Source of the DNA: an uncultured virus (IMG/VR IMGVR_UViG_2663763079_000004)
Lineage: Duplodnaviria; Heunggongvirae; Uroviricota; Caudoviricetes
Direction: 5' to 3' (one strand)
Length of the DNA: 34,864 bases
IMG/VR virus record: IMGVR_UViG_2663763079_000004
Coordinates: 62,001 to 96,864 of that record
The notes under the pieces are model-generated. The model did not search any database, was not told the DNA's origin, and worked only from the letters and a program-made list of their open reading frames with translations. This document shows positions 15,592 through 24,323 of this stretch, in pieces (within the stretch, counting starts at the first letter, position 1; the number at the start of each line of letters is the position of its first letter). The translations under genes were made by a program, and so were the position numbers.

Positions 15592-15879
15592 TTATTGTTC
15601 TATTTTGTAGCCTAATGCTTCGAACTTCTGCTCAATGTTATTGTTAATAACTTTAGCTATTTTTGCAGAGCAAAAGACCTGTACTTTTACGCAGGTATCA
15701 ATATTGTCAAGGCGAAAGTTACAACCTAACGGGATCACAGTTATTTCTCTATCTAGCTTTTGGTAATCTTCTTGATCATTAATCTCTTTAGCCACTGCTT
15801 TGCAATCGGTTGCTAACTTTTTATACTCTTTTTCATCATTTTTTATGCGAATGGTTATTATTGTCGGAGGGTTTGACAT
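15592..15879 (-). CDS. Hypothetical protein, AT-rich antisense moron
   Basis: 95-aa ORF with AAGGAA RBS; hairpin ATAGGCACATA/TATGTGCCTAT (15549-15577) lies between the convergent genes. Confidence 0.7.
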   Translation of the reverse strand: MSNPPTIITIRIKNDEKEYKKLATDCKAVAKEINDQEDYQKLDREITVIPLGCNFRLDNIDTCVKVQVFCSAKIAKVINNNIEQKFEALGYKIEQ

Positions 15880-16017
15880 GTCATTTCCTTTAAAGAGTTA
15901 TGTTTGAAAATATAATGTGATGAAACAGATTACTGTAAGTATAACGTACCAAAAAAATCATTATGAAAAATAACTCCCCTCGCGATTGAGAGGACTCACA
16001 GCAAAAGAGGGGGCTAA

Positions 16018-16407
16018 ATGTCCGATCCAGTCTCTGGGACTACGATTGCGGCTGGTGGTCTGATGGGGGCCAGCATGTTTGGCCTGGCTACCGGGATTGA
16101 TTACGGCGTTGTGTTTGGTGCGTTCGCCGGCGCAGTTTTCTACGTGGCCACAGCAGCGAATATTTCACGCGGAAAGCTGGTGGCTTACTTCATGACGTCA
16201 TTCATTGTTGGCGTTCTCGGCGCCGGACTGGTGGGCTCAAAGCTATCAAGCTGGACCGGCTACAGCGATCGCCCGCTTGACGCACTGGGCGCCGTGTTGC
16301 TTTCGGCGATGATCATTAAAGTGCTGACGTTCCTTAACAGCCAGGACCTGAATAGCTTGTTCAATATTCTTACCCGGTTCCGGGGAGGAGGTTCAAGTGG
16401 TAAATGA
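16018..16407 (+). CDS. Putative holin
   Basis: Multi-TM Gly/Ala-rich protein (GIDYGVVFGAFAGAVFYV) at the head of the lysis cassette. Confidence 0.8.
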   Translation: MSDPVSGTTIAAGGLMGASMFGLATGIDYGVVFGAFAGAVFYVATAANISRGKLVAYFMTSFIVGVLGAGLVGSKLSSWTGYSDRPLDALGAVLLSAMIIKVLTFLNSQDLNSLFNILTRFRGGGSSGK

Positions 16408-16675
16408 TCCTTCAGCGCTGGCGAATGCAGTCATTTGCGCAGTAATTGTTCTGGCCCTGATGTTCTACCAGCGTGGTGGCTCCCGGCACAGACCGGGAAT
16501 ATCTGTTCTGGCTTATCTCATGGTGCTGGTTTATGCCAGTATCCCGTTCCGCTTCCTGTTTGGTCTATATGAGTCATCCCACTGGCTGGTGGTGCTGGCA
16601 AACATTCTTATCTGCGGTGCCGTTCTCTGGTTCAGAGGGAACGTCGCACGTCTGGTTGATGCACTGAGGCACTGA
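16397..16675 (+). CDS. Phage holin-family protein
   Basis: Three TM segments, R.G.RHRP and RGNVARL motifs; directly before the endolysin. Confidence 0.8.
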   Translation: MVNDPSALANAVICAVIVLALMFYQRGGSRHRPGISVLAYLMVLVYASIPFRFLFGLYESSHWLVVLANILICGAVLWFRGNVARLVDALRH

Positions 16676-17304
16676 TGAACCAATCACAATTTCAAAGGGC
16701 GGCTGGTATAAGCGCTGAGTTAGCTGCGCGCTGGTATCCGCATATTACAGCCGCGATGAAAGAATTCGGTATTACCACTCCCCTGGCTCAGGCGATGTTT
16801 ATTGCTCAGTGCGGGCATGAAAGCACCGGGTTCAGCCGTCTGGTCGAGAGTTTTAACTACAGCATTGCAGGTCTGGCTAATTTTGTTAAAACCAAACGCC
16901 TTACGCAGGATCAGGCCAATTCACTTGGGCGCCGGCAGAGCGAACCTTCACTCCCGTTACAGCGTCAGCGTGCAATTGCCAATCTGGTGTACAGCAAGCG
17001 AATGGGTAACAACGCCTCCGGTGATGGTTGGCTCTACCGCGGTCGCGGAATTATCCAAGTCACGGGGCTGAACAATTACCGAACCTGCGGTGACGCCTTA
17101 AAGGTCGATTTCGTTGCTCAGCCAGAACTACTGGCTCAGGACAATTATGCCGCCCGCAGCGCAGCATGGTTCTTTGTGACGAATGGTTGCCTCAAATGGG
17201 GCGAAGACCTTGAGCGAGTGACCCAGATTATTAATGGTGGGCAAAATGGTATTGATGACCGCCGTGCCCGCTTCCTCAAAGCTAAATCTGTCCTAGTGGT
17301 GTGA
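16675..17304 (+). CDS. Endolysin, glycoside hydrolase family 19
   Basis: AMFIAQCGHES, GDGWLYRGRGIIQVTGLNNY, VTQIINGGQNGIDDR. Confidence 0.95.
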   Translation: MNQSQFQRAAGISAELAARWYPHITAAMKEFGITTPLAQAMFIAQCGHESTGFSRLVESFNYSIAGLANFVKTKRLTQDQANSLGRRQSEPSLPLQRQRAIANLVYSKRMGNNASGDGWLYRGRGIIQVTGLNNYRTCGDALKVDFVAQPELLAQDNYAARSAAWFFVTNGCLKWGEDLERVTQIINGGQNGIDDRRARFLKAKSVLVV

Positions 17305-17305
17305 T

Positions 17306-17542
17306 ATGCAATTAATCGAAAACTGGCAATCAGCCTGGAAGATGTGGTCTGTACGCATTCTGGCTGTTCTGGCCATCGTCGCTACGTCGTGGGCCGCTGT
17401 ACCGGATGGCGTGAAAGCGTTAATACCGGATCAGTTTTTGGGCTACGTTGTCGGCTTTGTCTCTGTCTGCGCTGCTATTGCTCGCATCATTAAGCAGTTC
17501 AGCCTGACCGACAGTGGCACCAATACGGATCAGCAGTCATGA
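17306..17542 (+). CDS. Small two-TM holin-like membrane protein
   Basis: LIENWQSAWKMWSV start, two hydrophobic helices, ARIIKQ end. Confidence 0.65.
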   Translation: MQLIENWQSAWKMWSVRILAVLAIVATSWAAVPDGVKALIPDQFLGYVVGFVSVCAAIARIIKQFSLTDSGTNTDQQS

Positions 17543-17811
17543 CAACGATGGAAATCATTGTAGGTGCGATTGCTACGGTGCTGGCTCTGATATTCGGTGC
17601 ATTTCATCTCGGTAAAAGCCAGGGAAAAGGCATCGCGACTGCTGAGGCCGAGAAACAGAATGCAGAAAATACAGCCGCCGGTAATGCAGCCGTGGCAGAA
17701 CGCCGCGTGGAGCTAACGAAAGGGGCCAGCGATGTACAGCAGACTGTTAGCCATATGCCTGATGACGATGTTGATCGGGAGCTGCGCGAAAGCTTTACCC
17801 GCAAAACCTGA
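17539..17811 (+). CDS. Inner-membrane spanin (Rz-like)
   Basis: N-terminal TM then Ala/Glu-rich helix; overlapped by a lipoprotein gene. Confidence 0.75.
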   Translation: MTTMEIIVGAIATVLALIFGAFHLGKSQGKGIATAEAEKQNAENTAAGNAAVAERRVELTKGASDVQQTVSHMPDDDVDRELRESFTRKT

Positions 17812-17965
17812 AGTCATCGACACCGCCTGCGACTGGGTGCGGATCATCTACCTGACCGACCACGATATCGACGTGCTGGATAAGCAGACCAAGCGCGACA
17901 TTCTGGCGCACAACAAAGCAGTGCAGGCTAACTGTGGCAAGGTAAAAGGAAATGAACATAAATAA
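17732..17965 (+). CDS. Outer-membrane spanin lipoprotein (Rz1-like)
   Basis: Lipobox LIGS-C at residue 18; overlaps the 3' end of the Rz-like gene in another frame. Confidence 0.8.
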   Translation: MYSRLLAICLMTMLIGSCAKALPAKPEVIDTACDWVRIIYLTDHDIDVLDKQTKRDILAHNKAVQANCGKVKGNEHK

Positions 17966-18194
17966 TGTTAACGCTGCTTCAATCTTATGCGAACAGCTTA
18001 AGGAACTTGAAGGGCAATACTCACTCGTCGTACGCGGGGAAGGGTTAGGTATCACGATTCAGAGTCGTTATCAGGATGATGATTTTGTTAATGCGGTACG
18101 CAGGAGTGTTACCGGTGAACTTAGCCGACGTATTGGTGCGGTAAAGCATCAACTTACTGAACTAGGCGTAACGTCATTCACCAAAGAGCATTAG
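17952..18194 (+). CDS. Hypothetical protein
   Basis: 80-aa ORF with AAGGA RBS, overlapping the spanin stop. Confidence 0.65.
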   Translation: MNINNVNAASILCEQLKELEGQYSLVVRGEGLGITIQSRYQDDDFVNAVRRSVTGELSRRIGAVKHQLTELGVTSFTKEH

Positions 18195-18307
18195 GCATTA
18201 CAGGAGAACTATCATGGGACTTCGATATTGGCCTTGAATTCATAAACACAAACCCCATTTACATTTTGTAACCCTCCACGTTGGTAGGGTATAAAATGGT
18301 GATCACT

Positions 18308-18505
18308 ATGTTAGAAAATTATTTCAAAAATGGCGCAATACCTACTGATCAAAAAACCCAGCGCTTACTCGCCGTGCAGGCTGCTCTCGAGGTCGTTAAG
18401 GCTTCTGCAAACTCAGGTAACGGTGTGATGCACAGTGATTTAGACCAAGCAGCTGAACGCATTGGAAAGCTTGCCGATGCAATTCAGGCCGCCTTAAAAC
18501 TTTAA
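18308..18505 (+). CDS. Hypothetical helical protein (moron)
   Basis: Ala-rich helical ORF, start at ATG 18296 or 18308; followed by two terminator-like hairpins. Confidence 0.6.
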   Translation: MLENYFKNGAIPTDQKTQRLLAVQAALEVVKASANSGNGVMHSDLDQAAERIGKLADAIQAALKL

Positions 18506-18562
18506 AGGCTATACAGAGATTAAAATACTCAACAGCCTCTGGGCTTTTTTGTATTGACATAA

Positions 18563-18590
18563 CAAAGGCCGCCTTCGGGTGGCTTTTTTT
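18563..18590 (+). terminator. Rho-independent terminator
   Basis: AAAGGCCGCC-TTCG-GGTGGCTTT plus T-run; a weaker one sits at ~18534-18550. Confidence 0.8.
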
Positions 18591-18824
18591 AATGGCCTTA
18601 CAGGAGCCATTCCACAGAGAGGCTTCGTAAGCCTCTCCACATGTCACAACCGCGTGCTAACTGAAACTGAAGTGGTGGCGCGGACCATTAAAGCGCTTCA
18701 AGAGTCGACCGAAGCCCTGGCGCTTTTTGATACCGGCGTAGAGCAGGCGAGCTAAGGCATTACAGCAGGCATTCACTGAGTGCCTGTGATAATGCTATCG
18801 TTGTCCTTTCTATGGAGGGGGCTG

Positions 18825-19340
18825 ATGAACATTGCAGAAAAGATCTCTTTGTGGTCCATGATAGGCACTTGGTTTTCAGGCATAGCGACAGTTGCAGCTG
18901 TTTTAATGGCTTTCCATTTAGCAAATAAAAGGCCAAAAGCCATTGTTAAATGTACTGTTTCAAGATCAGTGTTTTTTATCCAAAATGATACTGGGACTGT
19001 TACAGAGAAAGGAATTCAAATTAAGGTTGTGAACAACGGAATTTACCCAATTACAATATCATCCGTTGAATGGGAGTATGGTGGCGATAGCGTAATAGCT
19101 AACTACTTTTCTGATTTTAAATCACATAAGCTTCCGGCAAGATTAGAGCATGGAGAGGTTGCCAGGTTTTGGATTCCTCTTTTTCCTGATGAAAGAAATT
19201 GGTTGAAGCGACTTGCTAAAGAGATCAGGCACAAGGGCAAAAATCCCAGCAAAGTTAAGTGTTCAATTGAATTAACAACTGGTGACAAGTTTAAGACTAA
19301 ACCTGATAAAGAGATAATCCGAATACTTAAACAATATTAA
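18825..19340 (+). CDS. Membrane-anchored hypothetical protein (moron)
   Basis: ATG 18825 after GGAGG; N-terminal TM (WSMIGTWFSGIATVAAVLMAF) and beta-rich domain; AT-rich; own extended -10 (TGTGATAAT) and terminator. Confidence 0.75.
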   Translation: MNIAEKISLWSMIGTWFSGIATVAAVLMAFHLANKRPKAIVKCTVSRSVFFIQNDTGTVTEKGIQIKVVNNGIYPITISSVEWEYGGDSVIANYFSDFKSHKLPARLEHGEVARFWIPLFPDERNWLKRLAKEIRHKGKNPSKVKCSIELTTGDKFKTKPDKEIIRILKQY

Positions 19341-19342
19341 AT

Positions 19343-19368
19343 AAAGCCTCGCTGATGCGGGGCTTTTT
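19343..19368 (+). terminator. Rho-independent terminator
   Basis: AAAGCCTCGC-TGAT-GCGGGGCTTTTT. Confidence 0.8.
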
Positions 19369-19380
19369 CTTGGAGACTTT

Positions 19381-19611
19381 ATGCGCCTAACAGTTCTCGA
19401 CGACGATATGGTCGAACGCATAGAACCTGGTCGCGAACGCATCACGGTTTATCTCAATGGAGTTGAGGTAAAGCACGCTTTTTCTGCTGACGATGAAAGA
19501 GGTGAGGTGATTGCCGCTGTGCGCGATAGTCATGGTCATTTCACTGTCGAGCTCGGCGAGGTTAAGCGACAGACGCTGTTCGGTCAGGTGAGGATCGTAC
19601 GCCCATCCTAG
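19381..19611 (+). CDS. Hypothetical phage protein
   Basis: 76-aa ORF with GGAGA RBS before the HNH gene. Confidence 0.7.
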   Translation: MRLTVLDDDMVERIEPGRERITVYLNGVEVKHAFSADDERGEVIAAVRDSHGHFTVELGEVKRQTLFGQVRIVRPS

Positions 19612-19626
19612 CAATAGGACCAGAGC

Positions 19627-19968
19627 ATGAACAAAGAGCCCCGCATCTACGGCAGCAAATGGGACCGTGAGCGTCTTATCTTCCTTCGTGCGCATCCCTT
19701 ATGCGTCATGTGCCAGGAGCAAGGCAGGGTGACAGCGGCAACGGTGGTTGACCACATCATCCCGCACAAACTGAAAGAGGCTTTGCGCTCTGGTGACAGC
19801 CAGGCAATCGCGAAGGCGCAAAAACTTTTCTGGAGCCGGAAGAACTGGCAAGGGCTGTGTAAGCAGCACCACGACTCAACGAAGCAGCGGATGGAGAAGC
19901 GTGGCACCGTGATCGGCTGCGATGAAAACGGGATGCCACTGGACCCGGCTTCTCATTGGTTTAAGTGA
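19627..19968 (+). CDS. Terminase-associated HNH endonuclease (HK97 gp74-like)
   Basis: HPLCVMC, ATVVDHIIPH, NWQGLCKQHH; just upstream of terS. Confidence 0.92.
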   Translation: MNKEPRIYGSKWDRERLIFLRAHPLCVMCQEQGRVTAATVVDHIIPHKLKEALRSGDSQAIAKAQKLFWSRKNWQGLCKQHHDSTKQRMEKRGTVIGCDENGMPLDPASHWFK

Positions 19969-20090
19969 TAACCATTATCAATATATTTCAAAATTGATTG
20001 TCATTTGAAATCATTAGCATTCAAATGATATCGATTCTCATTTGAGGGGGAGGGGCGGGTCAAAAGTTCAGAACCTCGAACCCAAATGAC

Positions 20091-20100
20091 CGCCGCCAGT
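20091..20100 (+). other. Putative cos site
   Basis: CGCCGCCAGT between HNH and terS, similar to the recalled HK97/HK022 3' cohesive end CGCCGCCAAA. Confidence 0.5.
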
Positions 20101-20150
20101 CCTTTTTGTGCACAACCGCGAAATGAAAAGTTTTTTTCCGGGAGGTTCCG

Positions 20151-20615
20151 ATGGCAGGACGACGCCCGAAACCGACCCACCTCAAAGTGGTTACCGGCAA
20201 CCCGGGCAAACGAAAACTCAACGATAAAGAACCCACGCCAGCTAAAGAAATTCCAGGCCCCCCAGCTCATCTTACCGACTGGGGTAAGGTGGCATGGGGT
20301 CGGCTGACTGTGCTTCTCGATGGTATGGGTGTTCTCACCGTTGCAGATACTTTAGCTCTTGAAAGGCTTTGCGATATTTATGCCGATATCCTGCAACTGC
20401 GCGACACCATCGCTGTAGAGGGCAGAACTTATACCGTCCAGACCGAGGGTGGTTTTCTGATAAAGGCCAACCCGGCAGTTTCAATGCTGGCTGATGCTGA
20501 CCGTCGTTTTAAAAGTTACCTGGTTGAATTCGGTCTGACACCAGCGGCAAGGACGAAGGTGAAAGTGAATGGCGAAACCCCCGAAGAAGACACGCTCGAC
20601 AAGTTCTTCGGTTGA
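20151..20615 (+). CDS. terS: Terminase small subunit (P27 family)
   Basis: GRRPKPTHLK..GNPGKR, KANPA, EFGLTPAAR. Confidence 0.93.
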   Translation: MAGRRPKPTHLKVVTGNPGKRKLNDKEPTPAKEIPGPPAHLTDWGKVAWGRLTVLLDGMGVLTVADTLALERLCDIYADILQLRDTIAVEGRTYTVQTEGGFLIKANPAVSMLADADRRFKSYLVEFGLTPAARTKVKVNGETPEEDTLDKFFG

Positions 20616-22305
20616 TCCGGCAACGCAGTATGCAAAGGATGTAACCTCTGGAAAAGAACTGGCCGGTCCTGACATTCGAAATGCCTGCCAGAGACACCTC
20701 AGGGATCTTGAATCTTGCCATGCACGAGGGCTCCATTGGGATGTTGAGGCAGCACAGCGCTCCATTGATTATTTTGCGAAAGTCCTCAAGCTTAATGGGG
20801 GCGATTTTGAAGGTGCGCCTTTTGTTCTGCTGCCATGGCAGTGTTTCATCGTCGGTTCGATTTTTGGCTGGAAAAATGCCAGAGGTTTTCGCCGATTCCG
20901 AATGGTTTACGTGGAATCAGGAAAAGGATCTGGCAAATCCCCCCTTTCTGCCGGGATAGGTCTTTACTGTCTCACTGCGGATAAAGAACCTCGTGCTGAA
21001 GTTTATGCTGCTGCAACGAAAAAAGACCAGGCAATGGTCCTCTTTCGTGATGCGGTGGCGATGGTCGATCAGTCTCCGGCTCTTTCCGCACGCATACAGA
21101 AATCTGGCGGCGCCGGCAAAGAGTGGAACCTGGCTTTTCTTCAGGCTGGTTCATTCTTTCGCCCAATTAGTTCAGATGACGGACAGTCGGGTCCACGACC
21201 ACATTGCGCTCTTATTGATGAAGTTCACGAGCATAAAAGCAATCAGGTTGTTGAAATGATGCGCGCCGGCACTAAAGGTCGCCGGCAGGCACTCATTTTT
21301 ATGATCACGAACAGTGGACACGATAAAACCAGCGTCTGCTATGACTATCACGAATACGGTAGAAAGGTATCTGCCGGTTCGATAGAAGATGACAGTTTTT
21401 TCGCCTTTATTTGTTCTCTGGATGAAGGTGACGATCCTTTCAAGGATGAGTCCTGCTGGAAAAAGGCTAACCCCTCGCTGGGTCACACCTTTGAAGAAAG
21501 CTATCTTCGTGAGCAGGTGACTCAGGCCCGGGGGATGCCTTCGAAAGAGAGTATTGTCAGGCGTCTCAACTTCTGTCAGTGGGTTGACGCGGCTAACCCG
21601 TGGATGAGCAGTGATGTCTGGATGGGATGTGAGGAAAACTTTGATCCAGATGAGCTGGAGGGTGAGGAATGCTACGGTGGCCTGGACTTGTCCGGATCCC
21701 GTGACTTGACTGCCCTGGCGCTGTTTTTTCCAAAACAACGCAAGTTGCTGGTGGAGTTCTGGACACCCAAAGATACCTTGCTCGAACGGGCTAAAACGGA
21801 CCGGGTGCCTTATGACGCCTGGGAGCGCGATGGTCACATCCACACTACGCCAGGCAAAGCGGTGAAATACGGCTTTGTTGCCCAGCGTATTGCCGATCTG
21901 ACGGAGAAGTTTGATATCAAGGCCATCGCCTTCGACCAGTATCGCATTAAATATCTTGAGCCGGAGCTTGAAGAAGCATCTGTTTCTGTTCCCTTAATCC
22001 CTCATGGGCAAGGGTACTACAAAGCGAAAGATTCCGGGCTGTGGATGCCTCACTCCATCGAATTGTTTGAAGAGTTGCTTGATGACAGCGTCATTATCAT
22101 CAGGACGAACCCTTGTCTTCGCTGGAATGCGGCTTCAGCAGTGACGGAGGCTGATCAGAAAGAAAACCGAATTTTTGCCAAGAAAAAAAGTACCGGGCGT
22201 ATCGACGGCATTGTAGCAGGTGCTATGGCAATCGGTGCCTCCGAAGGCTATGAGGATGATTCTGGCGATATCGACGACTTTTTCAGTAATCCCATCATTG
22301 TGTGA
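20569..22305 (+). CDS. terL: Terminase large subunit
   Basis: LLPWQ, Walker A GKGSGKS, Walker B ALIDEVHEH, GLDLS and RIDG nuclease motifs. Confidence 0.96.
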   Translation: MAKPPKKTRSTSSSVDPATQYAKDVTSGKELAGPDIRNACQRHLRDLESCHARGLHWDVEAAQRSIDYFAKVLKLNGGDFEGAPFVLLPWQCFIVGSIFGWKNARGFRRFRMVYVESGKGSGKSPLSAGIGLYCLTADKEPRAEVYAAATKKDQAMVLFRDAVAMVDQSPALSARIQKSGGAGKEWNLAFLQAGSFFRPISSDDGQSGPRPHCALIDEVHEHKSNQVVEMMRAGTKGRRQALIFMITNSGHDKTSVCYDYHEYGRKVSAGSIEDDSFFAFICSLDEGDDPFKDESCWKKANPSLGHTFEESYLREQVTQARGMPSKESIVRRLNFCQWVDAANPWMSSDVWMGCEENFDPDELEGEECYGGLDLSGSRDLTALALFFPKQRKLLVEFWTPKDTLLERAKTDRVPYDAWERDGHIHTTPGKAVKYGFVAQRIADLTEKFDIKAIAFDQYRIKYLEPELEEASVSVPLIPHGQGYYKAKDSGLWMPHSIELFEELLDDSVIIIRTNPCLRWNAASAVTEADQKENRIFAKKKSTGRIDGIVAGAMAIGASEGYEDDSGDIDDFFSNPIIV

Positions 22306-22311
22306 GTCACC

Positions 22312-23631
22312 ATGAATAAAGAGAAGAAGCCAGGCCGGATAAAAAGCGCCGTTCGCCGGTGGCTCGGCGTACCCATCTCCCTTACCGACGGTGAATTCTG
22401 GGCTGCTTATGCTGGTGGGCAGTCCGCAGCTGGGAAACTCGTTACGGTTGATAAAGCCCTGCAGTTATCGGCAGTGTGGTCATGTGTAAGGCTGTTATCC
22501 GAAACCATCGCGACGTTGCCTGTTGGTTTTTACGAAAAAACGGCTGGCGGTCGCCAGAATGCAAATGATCACCCGCTTTATGAGCTCCTCCATAATCAAC
22601 CCAATGCTGATATGACTGCAGTGGAGTTCTGGGAAATGATCATGGCCAGCCTGCTTTTGTGGGGGAATGCTTATGCAGAAATCGATCGAACCGGAAAGCG
22701 TATTACCTCGCTGGTGCCTCTCAGGCCAGAAAGGATGAAGGTTGATTTAAGCAAGAGCGGAGATCCAATTTATACCTACCGTGACTGGCCTTCAGGTACA
22801 TCCCGAAACATTGATGAACGGGACATCATGCACATCCGTGCGTTCAGCACCAATGGTGTCATGGGCCTGTCACCAGTCAGTTATGCCCGACAGACACTTG
22901 GTCTGGCAATGGCAACAGATGAAGCCAGCGCCAAAGTTTTTAAAAACGGTATGCGGCCCAGCGGCGTTCTCTCAATGGATCAGATCCTGAAAAAAGAGCA
23001 GCGCAATGAAGTACGTGAAAGCATGGTTGAACAATTTTCTGGATCCATGAATACCGGGAAAATGATGGTTCTTGAAGCGGGAATGAAGTTTCAGCCTGTT
23101 GACCTCAACCCGGAAGACGCCCAGATGCTGCAGTCCAGAGCCTTCAATATCGAAGAGATTTGTCGGTGGTTCAGAGTATGGCCGGGGTTGATTGGACATA
23201 CCGCCCAGGGGCAGACGATGTGGGGAAGTGGCGTCGAACAGATGCTGATTGGCTTTTTAACGTTTTCACTTCGTCCATGGCTGACCCGTATTGAGCAGGC
23301 GATTCGTAAAAGTCTCCTGGCTCCGGGAGAAAGAAATAAGTACTTCGCAGAGTTTTCCATCGAAGGTCTCTTACGTGCTGACAGCGCCGCCCGTGCCGCT
23401 TTTTACTCAACGATGACCCAGAACGGTCTGATGACCCGCAATGAAGCACGGCAAAAAGAAAACCTTCAGCCAAAACCTGGAGCTGACCAACTAACCGTTC
23501 AATCCAACCTGCTGCCGATAGATCAGCTTGGCAAGTCCGGCGACAGTGAATCAGCCAAAAACGCACTGCGGGAATGGCTTGGCATTAAATCAGAGGAGAC
23601 GCCGGAATGTACCGTAAAAACGCAGCCATGA
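22312..23631 (+). CDS. Portal protein (HK97 family)
   Basis: SAVWSCVRLLSETIATLP, LLWGNAY, GLSP, G.MTRNEAR. Confidence 0.96.
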   Translation: MNKEKKPGRIKSAVRRWLGVPISLTDGEFWAAYAGGQSAAGKLVTVDKALQLSAVWSCVRLLSETIATLPVGFYEKTAGGRQNANDHPLYELLHNQPNADMTAVEFWEMIMASLLLWGNAYAEIDRTGKRITSLVPLRPERMKVDLSKSGDPIYTYRDWPSGTSRNIDERDIMHIRAFSTNGVMGLSPVSYARQTLGLAMATDEASAKVFKNGMRPSGVLSMDQILKKEQRNEVRESMVEQFSGSMNTGKMMVLEAGMKFQPVDLNPEDAQMLQSRAFNIEEICRWFRVWPGLIGHTAQGQTMWGSGVEQMLIGFLTFSLRPWLTRIEQAIRKSLLAPGERNKYFAEFSIEGLLRADSAARAAFYSTMTQNGLMTRNEARQKENLQPKPGADQLTVQSNLLPIDQLGKSGDSESAKNALREWLGIKSEETPECTVKTQP

Positions 23632-24314
23632 AAGTAAAGGCATTCGACTTCGATATTAAGGCTGTCAACGATGACGGCCTTTTTTCTGGATACGGTTCTG
23701 TCTTCGATGTGGTGGATAGCTACAACGAAGTCGTGGCGCCGGGCGCATTCCTCGAAAGCATCGAGGAAACGCGAGCTAAGGGGAGGACGTTCCCTGTTCT
23801 CTGGCAGCATCGCACCGGTGAACCCGTCGGGAACTGGGATATCTCAACCCTGAAAGAAGATAAGCATGGGCTTTTTGGTGAAGGCGCTTTGTGGCTGGAC
23901 GACGCCACCTACGCCAAAACTGCATGGAGAGGCATGAAAACCCGTGCCATTACGGGCCTTTCCATTGGCTATTACGTTCGGGAATCGAATTACGATGAGA
24001 AAACCCGGATCCGCACATTAACGAAGCTCGACCTGGTTGAAATCTCTATCGTTACCGTACCAGCCAACGACGATGCCCGCATCGACGTCATTAAGTCGAA
24101 ATTGTCACACGGTGATCTTCCTTCCTTACCTGAATTTGAGAAGTTCCTGCGAGAGGCAGGTTTCTCGAAAAGTCAGTCCGCAGCGGTCGCCTCCCGCGGA
24201 CTGTCCTATCTGCTTGACCGGAGTGAGTCCGGGGGCGAAGACGGCGAAACCAAAGCGGCTATTGCGGCGATGCGCCAGCAACTGAGCCAGTTTTCTCTCC
24301 CAAAAATTCTCTAA
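23607..24314 (+). CDS. Prohead maturation protease (HK97 family)
   Basis: FSGYGSVF, LWQH, GLSIGY, LVEISIVTVPAN; alternative start 23628. Confidence 0.95.
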   Translation: MYRKNAAMKVKAFDFDIKAVNDDGLFSGYGSVFDVVDSYNEVVAPGAFLESIEETRAKGRTFPVLWQHRTGEPVGNWDISTLKEDKHGLFGEGALWLDDATYAKTAWRGMKTRAITGLSIGYYVRESNYDEKTRIRTLTKLDLVEISIVTVPANDDARIDVIKSKLSHGDLPSLPEFEKFLREAGFSKSQSAAVASRGLSYLLDRSESGGEDGETKAAIAAMRQQLSQFSLPKIL

Positions 24315-24323
24315 GGGATTTAT

